This document shows, in pieces, positions 47,743-49,456 of a DNA stretch of 49,456 nucleotides (its first letter is position 1; every line of letters begins with the position of its first letter). The stretch spans positions 1 through 49,456 of the forward strand of contig MU619246.1 in assembly GCA_025201805.1 (NCBI GenBank). The letters are read 5' to 3'. The position numbers and the translations under genes are program-made. The notes under the pieces were generated by a model, which was given only the letters and a program-made list of their open reading frames with translations, had not been told where the DNA came from and did no database searches. The DNA is from Parasitella parasitica NRRL 2501 (Eukaryota > Fungi > Mucoromycota).

Positions 47743-49456
47743 TTAATTTGGTATCTCAGCATTGTTGAAGAATTTACATTTTTGACGGTTTTGCTTTCCA
47801 GGACAAATGTACATGCTGTTCGGGTCACGCTGCTCGCAAGTGAAGCATCGTTTCCCTCCTATTTTTCTCTTTTTGATGGTTATAGTTGACGGATACAAAG
47901 ATATATGTGGTATAATAGGTTTTGGAGCCAATCTTGGACTACCTGGTGGTCTTTTGGTTGGTATATTGGATCTTGATGAATGAGGAAATATATTCCTCAA
48001 ACCAGACAAAGGAACAGCAGAGTTTATAACCACATCAGGTCGATTTTCAGGATTGACAGCATTTTTTGTGGCAGCCAGCTTGGTTGCATTTTTCGATATT
48101 TTGGTGGTGTTGACATAGATATCATTATTTTGTGATTTGTTGAAGAAAGATTCGAGTAACTCGGGAATCTTATAAAAGTCAACTGGTATTTTGCCATCAG
48201 GAAGTGCTTGGTTTTGGATGTTTGTGCTTCGACACCATTCCTTTGCCATTTTTACAAAATCAGGTTTTGCTCTATTATTTACTGATTTTAGTTGAGTGTA
48301 TAGTGCCCAGAACTTGTCTTGTTCATTTTTGGTATGAATGGGTATAACCGGGTATTGGGTATTTTGCATGTACGCTAGATATTGATACATAGACATTTTC
48401 TGTCTACGAACAGATACCATGGATAGTGCACACATCTGTAAAACATCTTGAATCGTTGTAGAGATAAATGGTATAGAGTCTGCGTCAGAATCTTGTGAGA
48501 TCATTTCCAAATGATGCTTGGTAAAATCAGGGACAGGGCAGATACCAAAAGTCTCTCCAACAGGAAAGAAATGTATACTATTACCATCAGGGTCATAGTA
48601 TGAGCCTTTTACAGTCATACCTAGCTCACTTTTTAAATAATTAATTCCCTGGACCAGCCAGGGGTTATAATGGGTCTTGTGAACCACATTATAACGATTA
48701 AGAGATCCAACCTATTGATTAATAATTTTACAATTCATTAAAATAGAACATGCATCAAAATATATGTTACTCACATCGGTATTATGTCTAAGACGATAAT
48801 CAGTCAGTAGACAATCAGCAAGCCTTGGAGAAGCGTTATACATTGAAAATTTTCTAATGATGTTTGTATGTACGCCTCCTTCCAAACTGTTTGTGCCACG
48901 AATACACCTATACACGGGCAACCCCAACCCATCAACGTATCGAATGTGGTATAATGGAATGCCAACAGGATCGGATACGTGGCCTCTGCTAATAGCATTG
49001 AGGACCTTGACAGCCTGTGCCTTACACGCTTTGTCAAAAAGCGGTAGCCCGGTCTTTGCACACTCAGTGCCTTCAAACTCTTTAAACAGTTTTTCAACAA
49101 CTGGCAACAAATCGGTTGGTCCAGGGATGATTCTGCGTACCCTCTTTGCAATCCAAACAGGGCTCTCCTTCGAAACGATTTCATATGTTGTGTTCTGAAG
49201 TTTTAAAGCGTCTCCTACTTTTTTCTTGTCTTCAATACTTGGAACAAACAGGGCATCACTAAACCGAGACATAAAAATTTTGTGAGCACCATGCTTTTCA
49301 GAGATAGGTATTGAGTCCATCAAATGGAACGGGTCTTTTAACACAAGAGTTGGAGAGGTTGTGCTTTTCAATAATGAGATGTTTTCAACTTTCAGTTTAG
49401 TAGTCTTCAAGCACCTTTGGCTGAGACGTATAGTTGTGAGGTTTTCTTCCACATTC
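47743..49456 (-). mobile_element. C-terminal part of a large DDE transposase, Dada-like/DUF6729-type; truncated by the window edge
   Basis: DxxH motif (KDPFHLM), RVRRIIP, GHVSDP.GIPLY, YRCIRGTNSLEGGVH (putative catalytic E). An intron at 48774-48712 joins RHNTD/VGSLNR...HYNPWL. C-terminal CxxC...CPG...C cluster; no stops after splicing. Confidence 0.7.

Overview
AT-rich, intron-rich eukaryotic DNA. The ~50-90 nt GT-AG introns, gene families and transposon types point to a Mucorales (Mucoromycota) fungus (inference). There are two N-gaps, each flanked by homopolymers. Spliced host genes reconstructed by hand: an HP1/Swi6-like chromo+chromoshadow gene missing from the ORF track, an AN1 zinc-finger protein, a Zrg17/ZnT6-like CDF transporter, a Lee1/Cps3-like CCCH protein, SRP40, Mga2/Spt23, an RBMS/MSSP-like RRM protein, an RluA-family pseudouridine synthase, pyruvate decarboxylase, eIF2B-beta, an unknown membrane/coiled-coil protein, a small C2HC zinc-finger protein, CHS5, SWD1, a type II membrane glycosyltransferase-like/alginate-lyase-like fusion, aminopeptidase P, mitochondrial ACP and ATG4. 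Mobile DNA: several decayed Tc1/mariner fragments, an internally deleted Fanzor (eukaryotic TnpB) remnant, a possible LINE remnant, a short dispersed repeat carrying RFX X-box-like palindromes, and at the right edge an apparently intact Dada-like (DUF6729-type) DDE transposase with a perfect 20-bp hairpin downstream. All family assignments come from motif recognition by eye; no database searches were run.
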